A stretch of DNA of 64,000 nucleotides, taken from the human T2T-CHM13v2.0 reference genome, Homo sapiens. Position numbers and translations under genes: made by a program. The notes beneath the pieces are model-generated. The model was not told the DNA's origin. It was given only the letters and a program-made list of their open reading frames with translations, and ran no database searches. Positions 27,354-41,100 of the stretch are shown piece after piece (the stretch's first letter is position 1; the number at the start of each line of letters is the position of its first letter). Location of the stretch: NCBI RefSeq assembly GCF_009914755.1, contig NC_060939.1; one strand, 5' to 3'.

Positions 27354-29162
27354 TTGATGCCATTCCATTCAATTCTGTTCTACTCGACTCCAATACATTC
27401 AATTCCATTCCATCCGATTCCATTACATTCTTTTCATTTCTTATCCATTTCAAGCCATTCCACTCCATTCCATTCCACTCGTTTCCTTTCCATTCGAGTC
27501 CATTCCTCTCCAGTCCATTCCGTTCAATCCATTCCATTCCAGTCCATTCCATTCGAGTCCGTTCCATTCCAGTCCATTCCATTCGAGTCAATTCCATTCC
27601 ATTCGATGTCTTTCCATAACGATCCATTCCATTCTATTCCTTTCGATTCCATTCCATTCTATTTCATTCCATTCGATTCCCTTCCATTGGACTCCTTTCC
27701 ATTCGAGTGCATTCCATTCCGTTCCATTTCTTTCCGTTCTGTACGATTCCTACCGTTCGATTTCATTTTGTCCCAGTCCATTCCTTTCGCGTCCATTCCA
27801 TTCCATTTCACTCCATTCGATTCCATTCCACTCGATTCCACTTCGTTCCATTTCATTGCATTCCATTCTATTCAACTCTATTGCCTTCCATTCCATTCCA
27901 TTCGATTACATTCCATGCGATTCCATTCGAAATCGAATCAATTACATTGCAATCCATTACTATTGAGTCCATTTTATTCCAGTCCACTGCATTCTGGTCC
28001 ATTCCATTTGATTCCATTCCATTCTATTCCATTCCATACAGTTGCATTCCATTGGATTCCATTCTATATCTATAAATTCAATTCGAGACCATTGCTTTTG
28101 AGTCCATTCTATACGATTCCATTCCAATCAAGTCCATTACATTTGGTTCAATTCCATTTCATTCCATTCCCTTCCATTCCATTCCAGTTGATATCAATCC
28201 ATTCGATTCCATTCCATTCGAGCACATTCCATTCGAGTCCATTCCATTCGATGCCATTCCATTTGATTCTATTCCATTAGTCTCCATTCAATTCCATTAA
28301 TCTCCATTCCATTCCATTCTACTCCAACTGATTCCATTCCATTCTATTCCTTTCCATTCCATTTCATTCCATTCCATTCCATTTCATTCCATTCCATTCC
28401 ATTCGCTTCCATTCCATTCGTGTCCATTCCACTCCAGTCCATTCCATTCGTGTCCATTCCATTCCAGTCCATTCCATTTGTGTCCACTGCATTCCATTCC
28501 ACTCCATTCCATATTATTCCATTACACTCCATTCCATTCTATCACTTTCATTTCCATTCAATTCCATTCCATTTGATTCCATTCCACTCGGTTTCATTCC
28601 ATTTGAGTCCACTCCATTCCATTCCATTGCATTCCATTCAGTTCCATTCCATTCTGTTCCATTCCATTCCGTTCCATTACATTCCATTCCATTCGGTACC
28701 ATTCCTTATTGTTCCATTCGATTCCATTCGAATCCATTCCATTCCAGTCCATTCCATTCGATTCCATTCCATTCATTTCAATTCCATTCCATTCCATTCC
28801 ATTACATTCCACTTGATTCCTCTCCATTCCCTTCCACTGCATTCCGTTCGATTCCATTCCATTGCATTGCATTCCATTCCATTGGATTGCATTCCATTCG
28901 ATTCCATTCCATTCGAATCAATTACATAGCAATCCATTGCATTCGAGTCTATTCTCTTCCGTTCCATTCGATTTCGTTCCAATCCATTCGATTCCATTCC
29001 ATTCGATTCCATTCCATGCTATTGCATTCCATTCTATTACATTATATTCGAATAAGTTCCATTCAAGACCATTTCTTTTGAGTCCATTCTATTTGAGTCC
29101 ATTCCCTTTGATTCCATAACATTTGAGTCCATTCAATTCCATTCCTTTCGTTTCCATTCCAT
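27354..29162 (+). repeat. 1,809-bp variant unit (+15-bp insertion only), with many private SNPs
   Basis: Landmark spacing 27354 to 29163 is 1809. Insertion CGCTTCCATTCCATT at 28404, without the 5-bp deletion. Confidence 0.9.
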
Positions 29163-32100
29163 TTGGTGCCATTCCATTCAATTCTGTTCTACTCGACTCC
29201 AATACATTCAATTCCATTCCATCCGATTCCATTACATTCTTTTCATTTCTTATCCATTTCAAGCCATTCCACTCCATTCCATTCCACTCGTTTCCTTTCC
29301 ATTCGAGTCCATTCCTCTCCAGTCCATTCCGTTCAATCCATTCCATTCCAGTCCATTCCATTCGAGTCCGTTCCATTCCAGTCCATTCCATTCGAGTCAA
29401 TTCCATTCCATTCGATGTCTTTCCATAACGATCCATTCCATTCTATTCCTTTCGATTCCATTCCATTCTATTTCATTCCATTCGATTCCCTTCCATTGGA
29501 CTCCTTTCCATTCGAGTGCATTCCATTCCGTTCCATTTCTTTCCGTTCTGTACGATTCCTACCGTTCGATTTCATTTTGTTCCAGTCCATTCCTTTCGCG
29601 TCCATTCCATTCCATTTCACTCCATTCGATTCCATTCCACTCGATTCCACTTCGTTCCATTTCATTGCATTCCATTCTATTCAACTCTATTGCCTTCCAT
29701 TCCATTCCATTCGATTACATTCCATGCGATTCCATTCGAAATCGAATCAATTACATTGCAATCCATTACTATTGAGTCCGTTTTATTCCAGTCCACTGCA
29801 TTCTGGTCCATTCCATTTGATTCCATTCCATTCTATTCCATTCCATACAGTTGCATTCCATTGGATTCCATGCTATATCTATAAATTCAATTCGAGACCA
29901 TTGCTTTTGAGTCCATTCTATATGATTCCATTCCATTCAAGTCCATTACATTTGGTTCAATTCCATTCCATTCCATTCCCTTCCATTCCATTCCATTTGA
30001 TATCAATCCATTCGATTCCATTCCATTCGAGCACATTCCATTCGAGTCCATTCCATTCGATGCCATTCCATTTGATTCTATTCCATTAGTCTCCATTCAA
30101 TTCCATTAATCTCCATTCCATTCCATTCTACTCCAACTGATTCCATTCCATTCTATTCCTTTCCATTCCATTTCATTCCATTCCATTCCATTTCATTCCA
30201 TTCCATTCCATTCGTGTCCATTCCACTCCAGTCCATTCCATTCGTGTCCATTCCATTCCAGTCCATTCCATTTGTGTCCACTGCATTCCATTCCACTCCA
30301 TTCCATATTATTCCATTACACTCCATTCCATTCTATTACTTTCATTTCCATTCAATTCCATTCCATTTGATTCCATTCCACTCGGTTTCATTCCATTTGA
30401 GTCCACTCCATTCCATTCCATTCCATTCCATTCAGTTCCATTCCATTCTGTTCCATTCCATTCCCTTCCATTACATTCCATTCCATTCGGTAACATTCCA
30501 TATTGTTCCATTCGATTCCATTCGAATCCATTCCATTCCAGTCCATTCCATTCGATTCCATTCCATTCATTTCAATTCCATTCCATTCCATTCCATTACA
30601 TTCCACTTGATTCCTCTCCATTCCCTTCCACTGCATTCCGTTCGATTCCATTCCATTGCATTGCATTCCATTCCATTGGATTGCATTCCATTCGATTCCA
30701 TTCCATTCGAATCAATTACATAGCAATCCATTACATTCGAGTCTATTCTCTTCCGTTCCATTCGATTTCGTTCCAATCCATTCGATTCCATTCCATTCGA
30801 TTCCATTCCATGCTATTGCATTCCATTCTATTACATTATATTCGAATAAGTTCCATTCAAGACCATTTCTTTTGAGTCCATTCTATTTGAGTCCATTCCC
30901 TTTGATTCCATAACATTTGAGTCCATTCAATTCCATTCCTTTCGTTTCCATTCCATTTGATGCCATTCCATTCAATTCTGTTCTACTCGACTCCAATACA
31001 TTCAATTCCATTCCATCCGATTCCATTACATTCTTTTCATTTCTTATCCATTTCAAGCCATTCCACTCCATTCCATTCCACTCGTTTCCTTTCCATTCGA
31101 GTCCATTCCTCTCCAGTCCATTCCGTTCAATCCATTCCATTCCAGTCCATTCCATTCGAGTCCGTTCCATTCCAGTCCATTCCATTCGAGTCAATTCCAT
31201 TCCATTCGATGTCTTTCCATAACGATCCATTCCATTCTATTCCTTTCGATTCCATTCCATTCTATTTCATTCCATTCGATTCCCTTCCATTGGACTCCTT
31301 TCCATTCGAGTGCATTCCATTCCGTTCCATTTCTTTCCGTTCTGTACGATTCCTACCGTTCGATTTCATTTTGTTCCAGTCCATTCCTTTCGCGTCCATT
31401 CCATTCCATTTCACTCCATTCGATTCCATTCCACTCGATTCCACTTCGTTCCATTTCATTGCATTCCATTCTATTCAACTCTATTGCCTTCCATTCCATT
31501 CCATTCGATTACATTCCATGCGATTCCATTCGAAATCGAATCAATTACATTGCAATCCATTACTATTGAGTCCGTTTTATTCCAGTCCACTGCATTCTGG
31601 TCCATTCCATTTGATTCCATTCCATTCTATTCCATTCCATACAGTTGCATTCCATTGGATTCCATGCTATATCTATAAATTCAATTCGAGACCATTGCTT
31701 TTGAGTCCATTCTATATGATTCCATTCCATTCAAATCCATTACATTTGGTTCAATTCCATTCCATTCCATTCCCTTCCATTCCATTCCATTTGATATCAA
31801 TCCATTCGATTCCATTCCATTCGAGCACATTCCATTCGAGTCCATTCCATTCGATGCCATTCCATTTGATTCTATTCCATTAGTCTCCATTCAATTCCAT
31901 TAATCTCCATTCCATTCCATTCTATTCCAACTGATTCCATTCCACTCTATTCCTTTCCATTCCATTTCATTCCATTCCATTCCATTTCATTCCATTCCAT
32001 TCCATTCGTGTCCATTCCACTCCAGTCCATTCCATTCGTGTCCATTCCATTCCAGTCCATTCCATTTGTGTCCACTGCATTCCATTCCACTCCATTCCAT

Positions 32101-35100
32101 ATTATTCCATTACACTCCATTCCATTCTATTACTTTCATTTCCATTCAATTCCATTCCATTTGATTCCATTCCACTCGGTTTCATTCCATTTGAGTCCAC
32201 TCCATTCCATTCCATTCCATTCCATTCAGTTCCATTCCATTCTGTTCCATTCCATTCCGTTCCATTACATTCCATTCCATTCGGTACCATTCCATATTGT
32301 TCCATTCGATTCCATTCGAATCCATTCCATTCCAGTCCATTCCATTCGATTCCATTCCATTCATTTCAATTCCATTCCATTCCATTCCATTACATTCCAC
32401 TTGATTCCTCTCCATTCCCTTCCACTGCATTCCGTTCGATTCCATTCCATTGCATTGCATTCCATTCCATTGGATTGCATTCCATTCGATTCCATTCCAT
32501 TCGAATCAATTACATAGCAATCCATTACATTCGAGTCTATTCTATTCCGTTCCATTCGATTTCGTTCCAATCCATTCGATTCCATTCCATTCGATTCCAT
32601 TCCATACTATTGCATTCCATTCGATTACATTATATTCGAATAAGTTCCATTCAAGACCATTTCTTTTGAGTCCATTCTATTTGAGTCCATTCCCTTTGAT
32701 TCCATAACATTTGAGTCCATTCAATTCCATTCCTTTCGTTTCCATTCCATTTGATGCCATTCCATTCAATTCTGTTCTACTCGACTCCAATACATTCAAT
32801 TCCATTCCATCCGATTCCATTACATTCTTTTCATTTCTTATCCATTTCAAGCCATTCCACTCCATTCCATTCCACTCGTTTCCTTTCCATTCGAGTCCAT
32901 TCCTCTCCAGTCCATTCCGTTCAATCCATTCCATTCCAGTCCATTCCATTCGAGTCCGTTCCATTCCAGTCCATTCCATTCGAGTCAATTCCATTCCATT
33001 CGATGTCTTTCCATAACGATCCATTCCATTCTATTCCTTTCGATTCCATTCCATTCTATTTCATTCCATTCGATTCCCTTCCATTGGACTCCTTTCCATT
33101 CGAGTGCATTCCATTCCGTTCCATTTCTTTCCGTTCTGTACGATTCCTACCGTTCGATTTCATTTTGTTCCAGTCCATTCCTTTCGCGTCCATTCCATTC
33201 CATTTCACTCCATTCGATTCCATTCCACTCGATTCCACTTCGTTCCATTTCATTGCATTCCATTCTATTCAACTCTATTGCCTTCCATTCCATTCCATTC
33301 GATTACATTCCATGCGATTCCATTCGAAATCGAATCAATTACATTGCAATCCATTACTATTGAGTCCGTTTTATTCCAGTCCACTGCATTCTGGTCCATT
33401 CCATTTGATTCCATTCCATTCTATTCCATTCCATACAGTTGCATTCCATTGGATTCCATGCTATATCTATAAATTCAATTCGAGACCATTGCTTTTGAGT
33501 CCATTCTATATGATTCCATTCCATTCAAATCCATTACATTTGGTTCAATTCCATTCCATTCCATTCCCTTCCATTCCATTCCATTTGATATCAATCCATT
33601 CGATTCCATTCCATTCGAGCACATTCCATTCGAGTCCATTCCATTCGATGCCATTCCATTTGATTCTATTCCATTAGTCTCCATTCAATTCCATTAATCT
33701 CCATTCCATTCCATTCTACTCCAACGGATTCCATTCCATTCTAATCCTTTCCATTCCATTTCATTCCATTCCATTCCATTTCATTCCATTCCATTCCATT
33801 CGTGTCCATTCCACTCCAGTCCATTCCATTCGTGTCCATTCCATTCCAGTCCATTCCATTTGTGTCCACTGCATTCCATTCCACTCCATTCCATATTATT
33901 CCTTTACACTCCATTCCATTCTATCACTTTCATTTCCATTCAATTCCATTCCATTTGATTCCATTCCACTCGGTTTCATTCCATTTGAGTCCACTCCATT
34001 CCATTCCATTGCATTCCATTCAGTTCCATTCCATTCTGTTCCATTCCATTCCGTTCCATTACATTCCATTCCATTCGGTACCATTCCATATTGTTCCATT
34101 CGATTCCATTCGAATCCATTCCATTCCAGTCCATTCCATTCGATTCCATTCCATTCATTTCAATTCCATTCCATTCCATTCCATTACATTCCACTTGATT
34201 CCTCTCCATTCCCTTCCACTGCATTCCGTTCGATTCCATTCCATTGCATTGCATTCCATTCCATTGGATTGCATTCCATTCGATTCCATTCCATTCGAAT
34301 CAATTACATAGCAATCCATTACATTCGAGTCTATTCTCTTCCGTTCCATTCGATTTCGTTCCAATCCATTGGATTCCATTCCATTCGATTCCATTCCATA
34401 CTATTGCATTCCATTCGATTACATTATATTCGAATAAGTTCCATTCAAGACCATTTCTTTTGAGTCCATTCTATTTGAGTCCATTCCCTTTGATTCCATA
34501 ACATTTGAGTCCATTCAATTCCATTCCTTTCGTTTCCATTCCATTTGATGCCATTCCATTCAATTCTGTTCTACTCGACTCCAATACACTCAATTCCATT
34601 CCATCCGATTCCATTACATTCTTTTCATTTCTTATCCATTTCAAGCCATTCCACTCCATTCCATTCCACTCGTTTCCTTTCCATTCGAGTCCATTCCTCT
34701 CCAGTCCATTCCGTTCAATCCATTCCATTCCAGTCCATTCCATTCGAGTCCGTTCCATTCCAGTCCATTCCATTCGAGTCAATTCCATCCCATTCGATGT
34801 CTTTCCATAACGATCCATTCCATTCTATTCCTTTCGATTCCATTCCATTCTATTTCATTCCATTCGATTCCCTTCCATTGGACTCCTTTCCATTCGAGTG
34901 CATTCCATTCCGTTCCATTTCTTTCCGTTCTGTACGATTCCTACCGTTCGATTTCATTTTGTTCCAGTCCATTCCTTTCGCGTCCATTCCATTCCATTTC
35001 ACTCCATTCGATTCCATTCCACTCGATTCCACTTCGTTCCATTTCATTGCATTCCATTCTATTCAACTCTATTGCCTTCCATTCCATTCCATTCGATTAC

Positions 35101-36338
35101 ATTCCATGCGATTCCATTCGAAATCGAATCAATTACATTGCAATCCATTACTATTGAGTCCGTTTTATTCCAGTCCACTGCATTCTGGTCCATTCCATTT
35201 GATTCCATTCCATTCTATTCCATTCCATACAGTTGCATTCCATTGGATTCCATGCTATATCTATAAATTCAATTCGAGACCATTGCTTTTGAGTCCATTC
35301 TATATGATTCCATTCCATTCAAATCCATTACATTTGGTTCAATTCCATTCCATTCCATTCCCTTCCATTCCATTCCATTTGATATCAATCCATTCGATTC
35401 CATTCCATTCGAGCACATTCCATTCGAGTCCATTCCATTCGATGCCATTCCATTTGATTCTATTCCATTAGTCTCCATTCAATTCCATTAATCTCCATTC
35501 CATTCCATTCTATTCCAACTGATTCCATTCCACTCTATTCCTTTCCATTCCATTTCATTCCATTCCATTCCATTTCATTCCATTCCATTCCATTCGTGTC
35601 CATTCCACTCCAGTCCATTCCATTCGTGTCCATTCCATTCCAGTCCATTCCATTTGTGTCCACTGCATTCCATTCCACTCCATTCCATATTATTCCATTA
35701 CACTCCATTCCATTCTATTACTTTCATTTCCATTCAATTCCATTCCATTTGATTCCATTCCACTCGGTTTCATTCCATTTGAGTCCACTCCATTCCATTC
35801 CATTCCATTCCATTCAGTTCCATTCCATTCTGTTCCATTCCATTCCGTTCCATTACATTCCATTCCATTCGGTACCATTCCATATTGTTCCATTCGATTC
35901 CATTCGAATCCATTCCATTCCAGTCCATTCCATTCGATTCCATTCCATTCATTTCAATTCCATTCCATTCCATTCCATTACATTCCACTTGATTCCTCTC
36001 CATTCCCTTCCACTGCATTCCGTTCGATTCCATTCCATTGCATTGCATTCCATTCCATTGGATTGCATTCCATTCGATTCCATTCCATTCGAATCAATTA
36101 CATAGCAATCCATTACATTCGAGTCTATTCTATTCCGTTCCATTCGATTTCGTTCCAATCCATTCGATTCCATTCCATTCGATTCCATTCCATACTATTG
36201 CATTCCATTCGATTACATTATATTCGAATAAGTTCCATTCAAGACCATTTCTTTTGAGTCCATTCTATTTGAGTCCATTCCCTTTGATTCCATAACATTT
36301 GAGTCCATTCAATTCCATTCCTTTCGTTTCCATTCCAT

Positions 36339-38117
36339 TTGATGCCATTCCATTCAATTCTGTTCTACTCGACTCCAATACATTCAATTCCATTCCATCC
36401 GATTCCATTACATTCTTTTCATTTCTTATCCATTTCAAGCCATTCCACTCCATTCCATTCCACTCGTTTCCTTTCCATTCGAGTCCATTCCTCTCCAGTC
36501 CATTCCGTTCAATCCATTCCATTCCAGTCCATTCCATTCGAGTCCGTTCCATTCCAGTCCATTCCATTCGAGTCAATTCCATTCCATTCGATGTCTTTCC
36601 ATAACGATCCATTCCATTCTATTCCTTTCGATTCCATTCCATTCTATTTCATTCCATTCGATTCCCTTCCATTGGACTCCTTTCCATTCGAGTGCATTCC
36701 ATTCCGTTCCATTTCTTTCCGTTCTGTACGATTCCTACCGTTCGATTTCATTTTGTTCCAGTCCATTCCTTTCGCGTCCATTCCATTCCATTTCACTCCA
36801 TTCGATTCCATTCCACTCGATTCCACTTCGTTCCATTTCATTGCATTCCATTCTATTCAACTCTATTGCCTTCCATTCCATTCCATTCGATTACATTCCA
36901 TGCGATTCCATTCGAAATCGAATCAATTACATTGCAATCCATTACTATTGAGTCCGTTTTATTCCAGTCCACTGCATTCTGGTCCATTCCATTTGATTCC
37001 ATTCCATTCTATTCCATTCCATACAGTTGCATTCCATTGGATTCCATGCTATATCTATAAATTCAATTCGAGACCATTGCTTTTGAGTCCATTCTATATG
37101 ATTCCATTCCATTCAAATCCATTACATTTGGTTCAATTCCATTCCATTCCATTCCCTTCCATTCCATTCCATTTGATATCAATCCATTCGATTCCATTCC
37201 ATTCGAGCACATTCCATTCGAGTCCATTCCATTCGATGCCATTCCATTTGATTCTATTCCATTAGTCTCCATTCAATTCCATTAATCTCCATTCCATTCC
37301 ATTCTACTCCAACGGATTCCATTCCATTCTAATCCTTTCCATTCCATTTCATTCCATTCCATTCCATTTCATTCCATTCCATTCCATTCGTGTCCATTCC
37401 ACTCCAGTCCATTCCATTCCAGTCCATTCCATTTGTGTCCACTGCATTCCATTCCACTCCATTCCATATTATTCCTTTACACTCCATTCCATTCTATCAC
37501 TTTCATTTCCATTCAATTCCATTCCATTTGATTCCATTCCACTCGGTTTCATTCCATTTGAGTCCACTCCATTCCATTCCATTGCATTCCATTCAGTTCC
37601 ATTCCATTCTGTTCCATTCCATTCCGTTCCATTACATTCCATTCCATTCGGTACCATTCCATATTGTTCCATTCGATTCCATTCGAATCCATTCCATTCC
37701 AGTCCATTCCATTCGATTCCATTCCATTCATTTCAATTCCATTCCATTCCATTCCATTACATTCCACTTGATTCCTCTCCATTCCCTTCCACTGCATTCC
37801 GTTCGATTCCATTCCATTGCATTGCATTCCATTCCATTGGATTGCATTCCATTCGATTCCATTCCATTCGAATCAATTACATAGCAATCCATTACATTCG
37901 AGTCTATTCTCTTCCGTTCCATTCGATTTCGTTCCAATCCATTGGATTCCATTCCATTCGATTCCATTCCATACTATTGCATTCCATTCGATTACATTAT
38001 ATTCGAATAAGTTCCATTCAAGACCATTTCTTTTGAGTCCATTCTATTTGAGTCCATTCCCTTTGATTCCATAACATTTGAGTCCATTCAATTCCATTCC
38101 TTTCGTTTCCATTCCAT
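36339..38117 (+). repeat. 1,779-bp variant unit (15-bp deletion), second copy
   Basis: Spacing 36339 to 38118 is 1779; same deletion near 37410; 164-aa pseudo-ORF at 37390. Confidence 0.93.
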
Positions 38118-41100
38118 TTGATGCCATTCCATTCAATTCTGTTCTACTCGACTCCAATACACTCAATTCCATTCCATCCGATTCCATTACATTCTTTTCA
38201 TTTCTTATCCATTTCAAGCCATTCCACTCCATTCCATTCCACTCGTTTCCTTTCCATTCGAGTCCATTCCTCTCCAGTCCATTCCGTTCAATCCATTCCA
38301 TTCCAGTCCATTCCATTCGAGTCCGTTCCATTCCAGTCCATTCCATTCGAGTCAATTCCATCCCATTCGATGTCTTTCCATAACGATCCATTCCATTCTA
38401 TTCCTTTCGATTCCATTCCATTCTATTTCATTCCATTCGATTCCCTTCCATTGGACTCCTCTCCATTAGAGTGCATTCCATTCCTTTCCATTTCTTTCCG
38501 TTCTGTACGATTCCTACCGTTCGATTTCATTTTGTTCCAGTCCATTCCTTTCGCGTCCATTCCATTCCATTTCACTCCATTCGATTCCATTCCACTCGAT
38601 TCCACTTCGTTCCATTTCATTGCATTCCATTCTATTCAACTCTATTGCCTTCCATTCCATTCCATTCGATTACATTCCATGCGATTCCATTCGAAATCGA
38701 ATCAATTACATTGCAATCCATTACTATTGAGTCCGTTTTATTCCAGTCCACTGCATTCTGGTCCATTCCATTTGATTCCATTCCATTCTATTCCATTCCA
38801 TACAGTTGCATTCCATTGGATTCCATGCTATATCTATAAATTCAATTCGAGACCATTGCTTTTGAGTCCATTCTATATGATTCCATTCCATTCAAGTCCA
38901 TTACATTTGGTTCAATTCCATTCCATTCCATTCCCTTCCATTCCATTCCATTTGATATCAATCCATTCGATTCCATTCCATTCGAGCACATTCCATTCGA
39001 GTCCATTCCATTCGATGCCATTCCATTTGATTCTATTCCATTAGTCTCCATTCAATTCCATTAATCTCCATTCCATTCCATTCTACTCCAACTGATTCCA
39101 TTCCATTCTATTCCTTTCCGTTCCATTTCATTCCATTCCATTCCATTTCATTCCATTCCATTCCATTCGTGTCCATTCCACTCCAGTCCATTCCATTCGT
39201 GTCCATTCCATTCCAGTCCATTCCATTTGTGTCCACTGCATTCCATTCCACTCCATTCCATATTATTCCATTACACTCCATTCCATTCTATCACTTTCAT
39301 TTCCATTCAATTCCATTCCATTTGATTCCATTCCACTCGGTTTCATTCCATTTGAGTCCACTCCATTCCATTCCATTGCATTCCATTCAGTTCCATTCCA
39401 TTCTGTTCCATTCCATTCCGTTCCATTACATTCCATTCCATTCGGTACCATTCCATATTGTTCCATTCGATTCCATTCGAATCCATTCCATTCCAGTCCA
39501 TTCCATTCGATTCCATTCCATTCATTTCAATTCCATTCCATTCCATTCCATTACATTCCACTTGATTCCTCTCCATTCCCTTCCACTGCATTCCGTTCGA
39601 TTCCATTCCATTGCATTGCATTCCATTCCATTGGATTGCATTCCATTCGATTCCATTCCATTCGAATCAATTACATAGCAATCCATTACATTCGAGTCTA
39701 TTCTATTCCGTTCCATTCGATTTCGTTCCAATCCATTCGATTCCATTCCATTCGATTCCATTCCATACTATTGCATTCCATTCGATTACATTATATTCGA
39801 ATAAGTTCCATTCAAGACCATTTCTTTTGAGTCCATTCTATTTGAGTCCATTCCCTTTGATTCCATAACATTTGAGTCCATTCAATTCCATTCCTTTCGT
39901 TTCCATTCCATTTGATGCCATTCCATTCAATTCTGTTCTACTCGACTCCAATACACTCAATTCCATTCCATCCGATTCCATTACATTCTTTTCATTTCTT
40001 ATCCATTTCAAGCCATTCCACTCCATTCCATTCCACTCGTTTCCTTTCCATTCGAGTCCATTCCTCTCCAGTCCATTCCGTTCAATCCATTCCATTCCAG
40101 TCCATTCCATTCGAGTCCGTTCCATTCCAGTCCATTCCATTCGAGTCAATTCCATTCCATTCGATGTCTTTCCATAACGATCCATTCCATTCTATTCCTT
40201 TCGATTCCATTCCATTCTATTTCATTCCATTCGATTCCCTTCCATTGGACTCCTTTCCATTCGAGTGCATTCCATTCCTTTCCATTTCTTTCCGTTCTGT
40301 ACGATTCCTACCATTCGATTTCATTTTGTTCCAGTCCATTCCTTTCGCGTCCATTCCATTCCATTTCACTCCATTCGATTCCATTCCACTCGATTCCACT
40401 TCGTTCCATTTCATTGCATTCCATTCTATTCAACTCTATTGCCTTCCATTCCATTCCATTCGATTACATTCCATGCGATTCCATTCGAAATCGAATCAAT
40501 TACATTGCAATCCATTACTATTGAGTCCGTTTTATTCCAGTCCACTGCATTCTGGTCCATTCCATTTGATTCCATTCCATTCTATTCCATTCCATACAGT
40601 TGCATTCCATTGGATTCCATGCTATATCTATAAATTCAATTCGAGACCATTGCTTTTGAGTCCATTCTATATGATTCCATTCCATTCAAGTCCATTACAT
40701 TTGGTTCAATTCCATTCCATTCCATTCCCTTCCATTCCATTCCATTTGATATCAATCCATTCGATTCCATTCCATTCGAGCACATTCCATTCGAGTCCAT
40801 TCCATTCGATGCCATTCCATTTGATTCTATTCCATTAGTCTCCATTCAATTCCATTAATCTCCATTCCATTCCATTCTACTCCAACTGATTCCATTCCAT
40901 TCTATTCCTTTCCATTCCATTTCATTCCATTCCATTCCATTTCATTCCATTCCATTCCATTCGTGTCCATTCCACTCCAGTCCATTCCATTCGTGTCCAT
41001 TCCATTCCAGTCCATTCCATTTGTGTCCACTGCATTCCATTCCACTCCATTCCATATTATTCCATTACACTCCATTCCATTCTATCTCTTTCATTTCCAT

